Assembly (NCBI RefSeq): GCF_009914755.1
Contig: NC_060936.1
Length of the DNA stretch: 64,000 nt
From: the human T2T-CHM13v2.0 reference genome, Homo sapiens
Reading direction: 5' to 3' (one strand)
Positions 20,175 to 43,392 of the stretch are shown here, piece by piece. The notes under the pieces were generated by a model, which ran no database searches, was not told the origin of the DNA, and saw nothing but the letters and a program-made list of their open reading frames with translations. Made by a program: the position numbers and the translations under genes. Positions within the stretch are counted from its first letter, which is position 1, and every line of letters starts with the position of its first letter.

Positions 20175-20502
20175 TTATTGATCCTCATTTGCTCCTGAGC
20201 CCATGATCCCTTGAAGTGGTGGCTCAGCTGCCACTTTGGGCAAAGAAAAGTGAGATCCTGTGCTCAGACCCCTCCCCACAGCTCCTGATATCCCATCTCC
20301 AACTGGAGAGCTGCTGTGAGGGGCTGGCTTCAGGTCAGCCAGCTATAGGTCCTGCTTCTTGTGGAGCCCACAGCTCCTTCTTTCAGGGCTTTCCTTTTGA
20401 TCGTTACTTTCCCCTTCTTTCTCCCCATCTCCCATACTGTATGTCTTCCCTCTGGAAAGTCTCGGAATGTCTAAGATGACACTGTGCACACAGAGGGTGC
20501 TT

Positions 20503-21060
20503 GTGTTGGTTCAGGTCTTCCAAGAAAGCAGATACCAAGACAGGACTCGGCACATACGAGATATGGTCTCGCTCTGTTTTCCAGGCTGGAGTGCAGTGGC
20601 ACAATCACAGCTCACTGCAGCCTCAAACTCTTGAGCTCAAGTGATCTTCCTGCCTCCGCCTCCCAAAGTACTTGGATTACAGGCATGAGTTACTACACCT
20701 GGCCAAGAGATTTATTGAGGGAAAATGGGGAAGGAGCTGGAGGAGGCTGGGGGAGCATTCAAACTGCTACCTGTGTAGGAGAGAGGGAAGGAAGAAAAGC
20801 TAGGTGGGAAGACTTTCAGACTATATTACAATACTGGGACATTTTGGCATGGCCAGTGCAGAGTCCTAGAGCCAGTCGCTGTCAGAGGAGTCCTGCCTCT
20901 GGCAGGAAAGAACGGCCTCACATCCCTGCGGTGCTCAGTTCTTGGCAGAATAACAGCCTGTGAGAAAGAGGCGCTGTCCCCACGCCAAATGGGTGGTTGA
21001 TTCAGAGCACAGCAGCTGGGGCTGTCTGCAATTAAGCAGTGCAAAGCTCCACAGCGCTTT
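20503..21060 (-). mobile_element. LTR16-like ERVL LTR with an inserted FRAM (20558-20705)
   Basis: TGTTGGTTCAGGTCTTCCAAGAAAGCAGATACCAAGACAGGA...AGAGATTTATTGAGGG. Confidence 0.6.
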
Positions 21061-21284
21061 CAGTTTTCATTAGCCTTCATCTAAAGCATCTGCATGTATA
21101 TAGAGAGCGCTAAGCTTATGACTGGTGACACTTTATTAATAGCAATAGTGATAGTACTTACCACTTATTAATATAAAGCACTTTTTACGTACCAGGCACT
21201 GCCGTGAATCATTTACATGCATCAATCATTGAACAACCCTATGAGATACCCATTACGATTAGCCCAGTTTAGAGATAGGGATTC

Positions 21285-21680
21285 TTACGGGCTGAATTGT
21301 GTCTTCATATGAATCTGCCCAAATTCATTATGGTGAAATTCTAACCCTCAGTACCTCAGAATATGAGTATATTTGGAGATAGGGTCTTTAAAAAGGTAAT
21401 TAAGGTTAAATGAGGTCCTTACGGTAGGCCCTAATCGAATATGACTGATGTCCTTATATGAAGAAAAAATTGGGACACACGGATACATAGAAGGAAGACT
21501 ATGTGAAGGCACAGGGAGAAGAGAGCCATCTGCAAGCCAAAAAGAAAGGCCTCAGAAGAAACCAAGGTCTGCTGAAACCTGGATCTCAGATTTCTGGCTC
21601 TAGAATTGTAGGAAAATACATTTCTGTTGTTTAGGCCACCTAGTTTGTGGTGCTTTGTTACAGCATCCCTGGAAGACTAG
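21285..21680 (+). mobile_element. MLT1 solo LTR inserted in a MIR
   Basis: GGGCTGAATTGTGTC...CCTCAGTACCTCAGAATATGA...TTTGTTACAGCA. Confidence 0.85.
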
Positions 21681-22209
21681 TAGAAGGTCAAGTAACTTAG
21701 CCAAAGTCACAGAGCTAGCACAAGGGAGAGATAGCACTGGGCATCTCTCAGTCCAGAGTCCATTCTCTTCCCCTGCTCTTCTGAGTCATGATGGCTGCGC
21801 AAGGACTACAAAGTAACAGGTACAGATGACAAAGTGACTCAGGAAGATCATTGAGAAGGAGCATGGCCTGGTGTGCTGGGAACACACAGGAAAGTGGTCC
21901 AAGGAACCTAGACAGCAAAGGAGAAGGGTTTCATATCTTGCCTCTACCCACTAAGGGCTGTGTGACCTTGGCCAATTTGTTCTTGCTTTCTGAACTACAG
22001 TTGTATTTTGTGTCAAATGGGAGTATTAGATTTCCCATGTCTCACTGAGCTGTATTAATGATCAAATAAGAGAATTACAAGAAAGTATCTGTAGAGGAGG
22101 GCAGAGGGAGAGAACTGAATTTGCCTCATACAATATTACTGTGGTTGTTACATATTATCCTTGTTTTAGCTGCTAGGAATATACTATTATAGTAATGTGT
22201 CAATATTAG

Positions 22210-23303
<1,094 letters not shown>

Positions 23304-23309
23304 TGATGG

Positions 23310-24200
23310 CTTCAAGATTTTTGCTGGAGCAACCAAAGTAGCAAAATTGTCATTACTTATGATGAGAATAACTTCAGGAATTAATTTTTTTTTAGGGGAA
23401 GTCAGTTTGGACATGTTAAGTTTAAGCTGCCTTTTAGGTGTCCAAGGAGATGTCAGATAAGTCTAGTTATAAAGATTGGGAGCTGTTAGCATATACATGG
23501 TATCTAAAGCCCAGAGCCTGCTTAGATGTCCAGAGGGCATAGACAGAAAGCAAGAGACCCGAGAATGGAGTCCTAGGCATTCTAGTGTATATAGGTTGAG
23601 GTAAGAAGGAATCAGCTATAAGAGATAAAACAGAAGAATTAGGAGGATGACCAAGTGTTTTCCTGGAAAAACATAAAATGGCCAAGAAAGAGAAAGTGGT
23701 CAATTGTATCAAATGCTGCTGCTAGGTTGATTAAATCAGATGAGGACTGAAAATGACCTTTGGACTGAGCCATGAGGAGGGCATTGATAACCTTAAGTAG
23801 GGCAGTTTTGGGGGCTCAGGTTGGGAATACCTGGCTGGAGTGGGTCCAGGAGAGAACAGGAGGAGAGAAATTGAAGACAGTCATTTCTTTCTTAAAAAAA
23901 GGAAAATGAGAAATAGGAGGATAACTGAAAGAGAAAATGTCTTTTATTTTAGATTCTAATATGGGAGGAATAAAAGCTTATTTATAGGCAACAGGAATGA
24001 TCTATTATACTAGGGAGGAGAACATAATGAATGAAGCGTGGGGGTGGGGATTTCTGGAGCAATATTCGTGAGGGGATAAAAGGGGACAAGATCTAGTGTC
24101 CAGGGAAAGGGGCTGGACTTAGCTAGAAGCATGGACAACTGCATAGACCCCATCAGTATAAATGCAGGCCGGCAGGTAGGTAGGTACATTGGTAGGGAAA
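23310..24200 (-). mobile_element. L2 fragment
   Basis: AGTTTGGACATGTTAAGTTT and TCAAATGCTGCTG...ATGAGGACTGAAAATGACCTTTGGA are L2 motifs. Confidence 0.7.
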
Positions 24201-24569
24201 TGGTTAGGTTCTTTTCCAATTGCTTTAATGTTCTGGCACATTTACTAAGCTTCTACTCTGGGCTCACCGGTTGAAATTCAAAGCTCCTTCCCTTGTTCTA
24301 CCATTGCTTTTCACTTTGATTTCAATAAAACCCACATCATCCAGTAATTATAGCTGCTTGTATATGTGTCTTTCTTCCCCATCAGCCTAAGAGCTGGAAG
24401 AAGGCAGATAATATGTCACGTTGTCTATTGCTCCCCAATACTTAGCCCAGTACCTGAGACACAGTAGGCGCTCAATATATATCTGATGAACTGAATTGAA
24501 TCCAGTGTATTTGTTTCTCTATACTTGTGCCGGAAATTTGATTTCCTTGAGTCATAAGAACCTGCCAAG

Positions 24570-25655
24570 GTGCCGGGGGCGGTGGCTCACGCCTGTAATC
24601 CCAGCACTTTGGGAGGCCAAGGTGGGCGGATCACGAGGTCAGGAGATCGAAACCATCCTGGCCAACATGTTGAAACCCCGTCTCTACTAAAAATACAAAA
24701 ATTATCTGGGTGTGGTGGCGCATGGCTGTAATCCCAGCTACTCAGGAAGTTGAGGCAGGAGAATTGCTTGAGCTAGGGAGTCAGAGATTGCAGTGAGCCG
24801 AGAATCGTGCCACTGCACTCCAGCCTGGCAACAGACCGAGATTCCGTCCCAAAAAAAAAAAAAAAAAAAGAACCTGCCAAGGTTATCTTTCATATGAACT
24901 TGTGGGCAAATGACTTGTGTTTTATCCAAACTATTGGGTTAACCATTATATTAGCTATTTATCACTGCATTTAATATTTATGAAAACTTGCAAGCTTTAA
25001 TTATTTTTAAAAAGACTTGGACCTTAAGTGGGCCATGACAGTATCCTCAGAAAGATGACAATAAGTAAGAGGATACAACTTCCTTTATAATTGACAGATA
25101 GGGTTCTGTTTGTCCAATTACTTTTTTTTTAAAAGAAGAGATAAATTCACTGTAATGAATGTGCCATAATTGGAATCTATAGAGGTCAGTGAAAAATTCT
25201 ACCATTTGAATAAAAGGTGCTGGATGATCACCTCCTTAGAGGAACCATCTAAGGAGAAAAGGATATACAACCAAATGGGTGTGCATTGTGATAGAAAATG
25301 TCCCTCTCCACCTCCACTTAGTATTTTATTAAGACTTAGAAAAATTAGGCCGGGCACAGTGCCTCACACCTATAATCCCAGCACTTTGGGAGGCTGAGGC
25401 GGGCGGATCATCTGAGTCGGGAGTTTGAGACCAGCCTGACCAACATGGAGAAACCCCGTCTCTACTGAAAATACAAAAATTAGCCTGGCATGGTGGTGCA
25501 GACCTGTAATCCCAGCTACTCAGGAGGCTGATGTGAGAGAATCGCTTGAACCTGGGAAGCAGAGGTTGCGGGGAGCCGAGATCGTGCCATTGCATTCCAG
25601 CCTGGGCAACGGGCAACAAAAGCAAAACTCCGTCTCAAAAAAAAAAAAAAAAAAA
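24570..25655 (+). mobile_element. Two sense Alus (24570-24868; 25348-25655)
   Basis: TSDs AAGAACCTGCCAAGG and AAGACTTAGAAA. Confidence 0.95.
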
Positions 25656-25958
25656 GACTTAGAAAGGTTAAGGTCAACTGTATCAGCTGGGTCGAGCAAT
25701 GTGAACAAAGTCTGTCAATGCTCTTTCAGCAGGAAATGCAGTATAGCATATTGTTTTAGACATAGACTCTGGACTTGGGCCTCTATCCTACCTCAAATGA
25801 CTTAGTTTCCTCATCTATAAAATGGCATGATGACACTGTCTACCTCATGGGGTTGTTATAAAATTTAAATGATTGATTGAATGTTTATAAAAGTCCCACA
25901 CAATACCCAGAACATCAGTAGTTTTAGCCACTATAACTTACTTTAATAATAATAATAA

Positions 25959-26615
<657 letters not shown>

Positions 26616-26988
26616 TCCTGAGGAAACTGTTGACTGCAGCTGTGTCAATACTTTGCTCCTTGAGAGAAAGCCCTGCAATTCCTTCAGTGATATGACAAAA
26701 ATGGAGAGTGGCTACTTGTGCTGGGCATTGTGCAGAATGATGGGGATAGAAAGGTGAATGACCTAGACTGAGCCCTGTCCTCATGGAGACAAGTAAGTGA
26801 TGACAGTTTGAGGGGGTAGGTGCCACGTTGGAGGTACACAGGATTCTCGGGCTCATAGGAGAGGGCACAGCCCAGACTTCCCTATTGTGAACAAATTCCC
26901 AAAGTGATGGCTGGACCAGGCAAAGAGGGTGTGGTGTGGTGGGAAGAAGAATGTTTGAAGAAAAAGGTACTGTGAAGGACTGTAAGAA

Positions 26989-27026
<38 letters not shown>

Positions 27027-27059
27027 TACACATGCTATGTAGGTATATTTTAGGAACTG

Positions 27060-27550
27060 AAACAGGAGCTCATCATCTTTTCTGTGTCATGGACTCCTGG
27101 AGATGACTAATGAACCTTTGCCAAAGTAATGTTTTAAGTTCTTAAAATAAAACACAAAGGATGACAAAAGAAGCCAATTATATTAAAATATAAATACCAA
27201 AACATTTAAAAATCACATTTGTGACATAGAAACATATGGGCTTCTTTAGTAGTACATCAGTGACAAAATCTAGTATTGGGTCTAACATTTACTCTGATTT
27301 TAAGTTGGAATGTATGCCATTGTTGGAAATAGTGGCCATGACTGTAATACGATTTGAACATATTTGCTATTTCCACGTGGGACACAGTCATAGGTACTAG
27401 TCATATGACGGTGGCTTGTTGCCTACATTCATAATGGCAGAAAATGCTAAATTTTGGTTAAGAGTGAAAATAAAGATGCATGTTTTCTTCCCATCCAAGT
27501 TCTCAGATGCACAGGATTCCATCCACAGACTCCAGGTTGAGAACTCCCAG
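27060..27550. mobile_element. hAT-Charlie DNA transposon relic (MER119-like)
   Basis: GAAAATAAAGATG...TTCCCATCCAAGTTC...CCAGGTTGAGAACTCC terminus. Subfamily from memory. Confidence 0.6.
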
Positions 27551-29142
27551 TGATTGGGTAGAGCACGTTGAGGTGGAGGCAGCGAAGTAAATAGGGGGCT
27601 GATCATCCACAGCCTGGTAGGCATGTAGCAAGGGGCTGCAAGCATGGAATGATCACATCTGTGCTCCAGATTGTTCACTGCCCCATTGCAGGGGGCCAGA
27701 TTGAGGTAAGATAGGAATGGAGGCCACAGGGCCAGTTCAGAGGCCATCATAGTTATAAGCAAGGATACTTCGAAGTGACTTAAATAGTATTGTTTTAGGA
27801 ATCACTGGAAACATAAAATCTGGTTTGCTGCTTAAACGATAGACCTAGAGAAGTACTGAGGTTATGGGGTAAAAGAAACAAACAAAAATGTCTGCCCAGT
27901 GGACACCCCATAAATGCATGTTTCATCGTACTAAACTCACACACTGCAATGACTCATGCAGAAATCCGTTCATCTGCAGAGAGACATTTAATAGTTCTCT
28001 GGTCCCTCCCTCTATTTGAAGAAACATTTAGATCACAGTTTTTTGAACTAGTGTCTGGGAAATCACTGCACTGCAGGCTGTGCCATGAAGAAGGCAGTGC
28101 GAGACCTGGAGCCCATACTGTGCTGTGTCTTATGAGACTTTCCAAGAGGGAGACGTGGTAGGCAATATTTTCTGGACTGACTTGATCATAGAATGCTCTC
28201 TTTCATGCCATATCTATTAGCATCATCTGGCACAGTCTCCTGCCAGGCACTGGTTTGAGAAAATTTGATTTCAATCTGTCAAAAGAAGTCTTTAGTTGGT
28301 CTGCAAGCTATTTGTTTTTGCTTTTTTCAAACCAAGAGATTATTCTGCCAGAGGAAAACAGCACCATGGAGATCCTCCTAACTAGTCTCTATTTGATGCC
28401 ACAGCCAAATCTGTCCTAAAAGGATATCCTGTCTTTTGTGGGGTGTGGGGGATAGAGGTAGAAGGGCATATCATGCGTTTTTAAAATAAAGAATGATGTA
28501 TATTAGCAAGGTTTCAGATGTGTATCACATGCATTCTTTCAGCCTTTTGTGAGCAAGACCAGCTAATTAAAACTTGTCTGCTGAGGCCCAGATCAAAATG
28601 AGATGCTGTTTTGCATTTGTTTGTTGCCTGAAAAGATAGACCTTGGTCAATAGAGTCTGCTCTGAGGCATATGGAAAAGACATTTTGATTAACCCGAGGA
28701 ACAATGCTAGTGTGCGCTCTCTAGTTTCTACGGCTGTGCCCTCTGGAGTCTTAGAGAAACTGATTAAAATCTGAAATATGGTTTAAATTTTTTTCCTCTG
28801 GACTCAGGAGTAGGAATTTAGTATCAGTAACTCTAGTACAGCTCTAATTTATAGCAGATTATTTCTCTTGTCCGCCTAGAACAAAGCTTAGATATCAAGT
28901 GAGCATGTTCAACCAAATGACAAATACTTTGCTAATTGTATTAAGAAAGGCTCTGAATGGCTGGTATGTTTGTTTGGTTTTTCTGTTTTAAGGGAAAAAC
29001 TAGATATTTGGCACTGAGATATCTTTAAATCTTTATTTCAAAAGAAGGAGAGAAATAAGCAGTATGAATAGGTAGATCTTTCAAATATGTGGCATATGTT
29101 CTACAAGGGGTATGAAGAGTGATTTTAACTAAAGCGTGAACA

Positions 29143-30975
<1,833 letters not shown>

Positions 30976-31184
30976 TTGGCTGTCTCTACTCAGGTGTCCA
31001 GTCAGCTGTGGTAGTCAGTGGGGGAGAATCCCATGTTGCGGGGGAAGGTGCAATCCTCTCAGAAGTGTGAGCAGACAGGAACTGACATTTCTAGAAGTTC
31101 CTTGCTAACCCTCATTGCCCTTATTGTGAAATGGGAATAAAAGGACTGCTTTAAAGATCAAATAAGCTAACCTATATTAAATAC

Positions 31185-31655
31185 CTATATTAGTTCCCTA
31201 AGGCTGCCGTAACATATTACCACAAACTTGATGGCTTAAAACAATAGAAATTTATTCTCTCAGAGCTGTGGAGACCGGAAGTCTAAATCAAGGTGTTGGC
31301 AGCACCTCATGCCCTCTGAAGACTCTAGCAGAGAATCTTTCCTTGACTCTTCTAGCTTCTAGTGGCTGCAGCAGATCCTCGGTGTGCGACAATGTCACTC
31401 TCATGTCTGCCTCCATCTTCACGTGGACATCTTTCTGCGTGTCTCCTCTTTTGTCTCAAATCTCCATCTGTCTTTCTCCTATAAGGACACTTGTCATTGG
31501 GTTTAGGGCCCAGCTGGATAGTCCAGATATCTCATTTTAAGATTCTTGACATTTTCACATCAGCAAAGACTTGTTTTCCAGATAAGGTAGCATTTATAGG
31601 TCCTGGGGATTTGATGTGGATATCTTTTGGGGGCCATTTTTTGGCCTTTCACAAT
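31185..31655 (-). mobile_element. MLT1 solo LTR
   Basis: TATATTAGTTCCCTAAGGCTGCCGTAACATATTACCACAAACTTGATGGCTTAAAACAA. Confidence 0.85.
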
Positions 31656-31719
31656 ATCTGACACAGTGTTTGGTTTATTATAGTGATGGTCCATATACAG
31701 GGCCATTTTTTTAAAAATT

Positions 31720-32870
<1,151 letters not shown>

Positions 32871-33329
32871 ATTATGGTTTTAATGGGTCTCAAATGACAA
32901 TGAAAGTCAGTTCTCAGCAGCCTAGGGGCTCTTCTTCATGTATTATTTCTTTCAGAGATTGACAGAAGCACTATTTCCCCAGAGAGAAAGGCATGAGAAA
33001 GGGATGTTGTGATTGACAATTAGCAGCTGGTTGAAGTGGGAGTTAGAGAAAGGGTCTAGTTCTCCCTCTGTCTTGGATCCTCAGGTAATTCTGTGGATCT
33101 GGGCAAAGAAGTCTTGTCTCTCCTTAGTGAGAAAATTAAGTCTCTCCAAGCAATAGAAAGAATATCGTGTTTTGGGGTTAGGCAGATGAGAGGTTTTGTG
33201 TCCCCTTTTCCTTGCAAATAGTTGTATGACCTTGGACAAGTAAACTAATCTCTCTAAGCCTTAGTTTCCTCATTTGCAATTACCTCTAGGTGTTTTAAAG
33301 ATTAAAGGAGGAAATCTGTAGAAAGCACC

Positions 33330-33910
33330 TTAGTGAAATCATATTCCACCTCTGCTCAAATTTTCCAATGGTTTTCATTTCTCTTTGTTTAAAAGCCAGA
33401 GTTCCGGTGATGTCTTAAAGAACCCTTCATCATTGTAACCTCTCTTGCATTAACACCTATTCTCTTCCTCCTCATTCATTACCCTCCAGCTGTACTGACA
33501 TACTGCTTTTCCTCTAACACGCAAGACACAACCCTACCTTGGGTCCCTTGTACTTGCTGTTTCTCTGCCTGGAAAGCTCACATCTCAAATGACCATATGA
33601 CTTGCTCCCTTCCTTTCTTTAGGTCTTTACTTAAAACTCATCTTCTCAGTGAAGACTTCCCTGGCCGTTCTATCTAAAATTTACCCCACCACACTGCCAT
33701 CCAACACTTCATATTCCCTTCCCTTCTTTATTTTTTCATCTTATTGCTGGTTACCATCTAACTCTGCCTGTAATTGTTTATCACCTGCTATCTCCACTGG
33801 CATCTTCAAAATGGCAGGAGTCACTACAGCTGTTCACTGCTGTACCCCAGTGCATAGAACTATGCGTGTTACACAATAAACACAAAATACAGATTTGGTG
33901 AGCTGATTTG
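33330..33910 (+). mobile_element. L2 3' fragment
   Basis: CCTCTGCTCAAA...TTCTCAGTGAAGACTTCCCTG...TGTTCACTGCTGTACCCCAGTG. Confidence 0.7.
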
Positions 33911-35079
33911 AATTAATGATAGCTAGCTAGTTCCTTTTTACCATTGAGCTTCAACTTTCTAATCCGTAAAATGAGAAATAGAGAGTATAGGCCAAAGTGG
34001 CTTGGACTGTGAGCTCCTAGAAGGCAAAGACAATGCTTGTTTGAGTCTGTATTTACACTGTCCAGCACCTAACATTGCATTCAGGAAGCACAGGACGAAC
34101 GTTGAACAGATGGGCGGATAAATATGTAATAACTTGTGACAGGAAAATAAGATAAGCAGTGATGAAAATTTATAAAACATAGTATGTTGATAATTAGGAA
34201 CCCTCTTACTCCATATTTGCATTTTGATATCAAAAAGCTTTACAAAGCCATTCATTTATTCATTCATTTGGCGAATACACACTTGTACCTTCTATGTTCC
34301 CAGGCGTTTGATTTAGGTACTAAGACTATAAGTCAAACAGGACATGGCTGCTATCTTAGAGTTTCTTGGTGCCCTGTGTGGGAAATTGACATGTGGATGT
34401 CCATTCACTGAAGACAGCACTGTGTTGGTGCCATGGCTGTGGGACCAAAGGTCTGTAAGACAAGCCCAAGAAAAAGGGACCAGTTCAATTTTCGGGATTC
34501 AGGAAGTTTCCTCTGAGGAAGGACCATTTACAATGAGTCTAAAAAGAATGAGTTACTTTACCTGGGAAAGAATATGAGGAAAGGGATTCCAGCCCTAGAG
34601 AATCACATTTTCAATGGCCTAAGGGTTGTGGAAGGTTGTGTTGTTGCTATTGCCATCAGCATAGTATCAGTAATGGCTGCTAACATTTATTGAGTCTACA
34701 CTGTGTGCCAGTCACTATCCTAATCTGTTACATGCAAAATCTCTAAGCAGAGAGATAACCTACTAGAAATATTCATGCCATTTATCCCCACACATCCTAT
34801 GGATAGGTAGAATGGGCTTTATTGTCCTCATTAAGAAATGAGAGACTTAAGACTCTAATTCTCTTTGTGCTATCACAAAACTGGCATCTGAATAATGTAG
34901 TAAATAACTTAGTAGCCCCCCAAAACCCCATTTTTTGTTTTATTCACAAGCTATTTTATTTTCTCCTTAGCATTCATTGCTATTTTGTGTTTTTTCTCTC
35001 TGTGTATATACATATATACACACACATTATATATATTATATATATATAGAGAGAGAGACACACACATTAGATATATGTA

Positions 35080-37043
<1,964 letters not shown>

Positions 37044-38537
37044 CAAGAGTTTCTTTTTATTTCGTTTTTCATCCAATTAAATTTACCTTGCAACTCTTCA
37101 AGTGATTATGTGGTAAAAAGACCAATCAACTCTGAGTCAGGAGAAATGGTTCCTGCCCCCTAACTGGATCACTGGGTGACCTCTATTGAGTCACTTTCCT
37201 TCCCTCCCTGGGCCTCAGTTTCTTCATCTGTGAAATGAAACATTGGACTAGATTGTATTTCAGTTCCCCTTGACCAGTGACATTCTGTAATCTTAGGTTA
37301 ATATCACCCAGTACCATAAAGGTTTTCTCAGATGAGTGGTGGGGGCTTGCCTCTAGACTGCAAGATGTGTCTCTAATGTCCTTGAGACTCTGTAGTGGGT
37401 GTTTGAGCAATTAAAAGTACCCAAGAACAGAGTGAGCTGTCTCAAGAAGCAGTGAGTTCTCTGTCACCGGAGGTATTCAAGCAGAGGAGGATGGCCACTT
37501 GGGGGAGATGTTGTAGAATGTATCATGTATTAGAAAAGGAGTGAACTAAATCTCTCCAGGTCGCTTCCAATTGTATTTCCCATATGACTTTCCATAAATG
37601 GATTTCATGAAGTGCATTCCATTTTTAAAAAGTGGTTTTTTTTTTCAAATTCTAAAGCACAACTCATTAGATAGTTGTGAAAACAATATAATGATTTACC
37701 AATGAGCATTTTTAAAAAAGAGAGAAATAGAAGAAAAGATAATCAAATAGAATAAAATAGAAAATATCTGAATGCATTGCACATAAGGGTAAATATTGGT
37801 TTTTGAGACTTGTTTCAGTTACATTTGTATGTATGAGTATGGACTGGGTTGCAATATAAAATATATTTTGTTTATGGGTTAAGGTAAAAAAATTGGAAGC
37901 CACTACCATAAGATCTAAATAGGAATAAGCATATATTTATTTAGGTTCTTGTCTAATTTATGTCTTTTATTTATTGTTAGTTATCTATTGTATTCTTTTT
38001 AAAAAGTGATAAAATATTGGTTGCTATGGTTTCCTGGGTTACCGCTTACACCTCAGCCTTGAAAAAAAATCACACATAATCTAATTTCCCAGCACATAAA
38101 AAGAGTGGAAACATCATCAACATAAGTGAGAGGGGAAGAAAATGCTGCTTGCTCTCTTTTCCCAGGGCACCCTGAGCTGGCCAGGAAATGGGAGCTAAGA
38201 CAGGTACACAACCTGTCTTGTGCTTGGCTGGTCCCAGGACATACAATGCTTCTTGGATAGTCAGTGTTTCTGACTCTGGGAAGCAGGAAACAACCTCAAA
38301 CATACAGTAACAGTCAGAAAAGATCAGTCGGTGGGGAACCAGGCAGGATGGTAGGTCTCTAGCAAGCTTACCTGAACCTGGCCAATCTCCAACTTTTCAG
38401 GACATCATCCAGGCAGGACATCCCTGTGCCACCAAAAATTTGTTCATAGTTGGTCCAGGGGCCAGAGCTTGGGAATCAAAGAAGCCCAAGAGTCTAGCTT
38501 GGGGTGCACTAGACCCTAACACATCTATTTCTCCAAA

Positions 38538-38680
38538 TTACAGGTGCCAGCCGCCATGCCTGGCTAATTTTTTGTATTTTTAGTAGAGATGGGGTTCACC
38601 ATGTTGGCTAGGCTGGTCTCAAACTCCTGACCTCAGGTGATCCACCCACCTCAGCCTCCCAAAGTGCTGGGATTACAGGT
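38538..38680 (-). mobile_element. Tail-less antisense Alu fragment (left arm plus linker)
   Basis: ATTACAGGTGCC...CAAAGTGCTGGGATTACAGGT. Confidence 0.9.
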
Positions 38681-38805
38681 ACGATCTTTCCACAGGGATT
38701 TCCACAGGGATCTTTCATGAACTGTTAGGTTTGTTTCTGGTGCTTAGCTGAAGTAGCACATCCATCAGCAGACCTGCCGAATAACACAATGCTTTGGTCC
38801 CCCAG

Positions 38806-38920
38806 GGTCTTTGGAGCTGCCATCTTCTTAACATCGACTCTGAACATGTTTATTCCCTCTGCAGCCAGAGTGCATTACGGATGCGTCATGTGTGTCAGAA
38901 TTCTGCAAGGTTTAGTGGAG
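38806..38920 (+). CDS. SLC17A8: VGLUT3 exon 4 (115 nt)
   Basis: CCCCAG acceptor. [38 protein letters not shown]. Donor GAG|GTAGGA. Confidence 0.98.
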
Positions 38921-39329
38921 GTAGGAGATACTTTCCTTACAGTTTTTGATATTGCTAGAGACAGCGCAGTCCTTTAGAAAATTCACCTTCTGAAGAAAAT
39001 CCCCTTTACTCAGTTTTTTTCTATATTTTCTTCCTTTTCCTGCTGTTTCCATTCTCTGGTAATGGCTAAAATTGCAAGAATTTTAATTAAAATGCCTTGT
39101 GTGATTTTACATTTATGAACAATAAAGTACCCTTGCATAATGATCTTAGAGATAATCTAACCTGACCCTCTTCATTTTAATAGATAGTGTAACTGAAGCC
39201 CAAATCTACAGTTCACATAGCAGAGGCTCATTCCACTAAAACAATTTAAGTGGATTCATTAATAAATCTGTACATTTTCAAGGGTGTAGTCTGATGCAGA
39301 GATTTAATTCAATGAAGGAGGCAGCATGA

Positions 39330-39635
39330 TATGGAGCCAGAAGGTAAATATTTTGGACTTTACAGGCCTTACAGTGTCTGTTGCATCTACTCAACCCTGC
39401 TGTTATAGTGCAAAAGCAGCCAGAGACAATATGGAAACAAATGGGCATGGCTACGTTCCAATTAAACATTTTACAAACTGAAATTTGAACTTCATATGAT
39501 TGTTGTGTGCCATTAAATATTACTCTTCTTTTGATTTTTTTTCTCACCATTTTAAAATGTAAAAAACATTCTTAGCTTGTGGGCTATACAAAAACAGATG
39601 GTGAACCAATTGGCCCATAGTTTGCCAACCCTCGA
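39330..39635. mobile_element. MER58 (hAT-Charlie) element
   Basis: GTAAATATTTTGGACTTT...GCAAAAGCAGCCAGAGACAATATG...TAGTTTGCCAACCC. Confidence 0.8.
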
Positions 39636-39829
39636 TATACAGCAATGTTTCCCAAACACAGTCATTCACCTCTGACCTTCGCCAGTTTGTTATGCCCATG
39701 TACAACTTGTACTATTATTTGCCTATTGTTTTCCCCTAGATCGACTCATTTAAAACAAAAAACAAAAGATACCTATTACTCTAAGCAATACCATCTTTGA
39801 AATCATGGGTTTGATGTGTTAGTTACATC

Positions 39830-40140
39830 TTTTCCTTTTTTTTTTTTTTTTTTTTTGAGATAGAGTCTCGCTCTGTAGCCCAGGCTGAAGTGCGGTGGCA
39901 TGATCTCGGCCCGTTGCAACATCTGCCTCCCAGGTTCAAGCGATTCTCCTGCCTCAGCCTCCTGAGTAGCTGGGACTACAGGTGCCAGTTACCACACCCG
40001 GCTAATTTTTTGTATTTTTAGTAGAGATGGGGTTTTACCATGTTGGCCAGGCTGGTCTTGAACTCCTGACCTCAGGTGATCCGCCCACCTCAGCCTCCCA
40101 AAATGCTGGGATTACAGGTGTTAGCCACCACACCCAGCCA
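39830..40140 (-). mobile_element. Alu, followed by TA-rich low complexity (40160-40350)
   Basis: TSD AGTTACATCTTT. Confidence 0.93.
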
Positions 40141-40699
40141 CTAGTTACATCTTTTTCAAAGCATACATATATATAGTAGAATTATATATAAATTTAATTA
40201 TATATAGATTAATTATAACATATATACTAGTGTATATATGTATATATAATATATACATATATAGTATATATATAATATATATAGTGTATATATATACTGT
40301 ATCATATATAGTGTATGTATATAATATACATACACTAGTATATATATTATAATTAAAAATGTAAGTTGTTATATCATTTCAAATCCAACTCTAGTCCCAC
40401 TAGAGGGACATATATGACACTTTGGGATGTACCCGTGTAGTGGAAAGAACACGATATTAGCATCCATGAAGACTAAATTTTAGTCACTTAACAGCCCTGA
40501 GTCTCAGGTTCTGTATCTTGAAATGAGTGGATGGACCAACTGATTGTGGAAGGCTCTTCCTACACTGATAGTCTATGATAATATGAAATATAAATATAAA
40601 GACCTTTTCCCCCATCTCCTACCATGCTTACATGTGAAGTGTATTTGAATTTCAGCATCTGTACTGTGAGTCAAAATAGCTCAATCATGCTGTTTAGTG

Positions 40700-43392
<2,693 letters not shown>

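Noticed and set aside
20969-20980. GGCGCTGTCC RE1 half-site
   Set aside because: No adjoining GGTGCTGA half at the proper spacing, and it lies within an LTR.
40160-40350. TA-rich quasi-palindromic tract
   Set aside because: Degenerate (TA)n low complexity beside an Alu; too short and irregular to call a PATRR.
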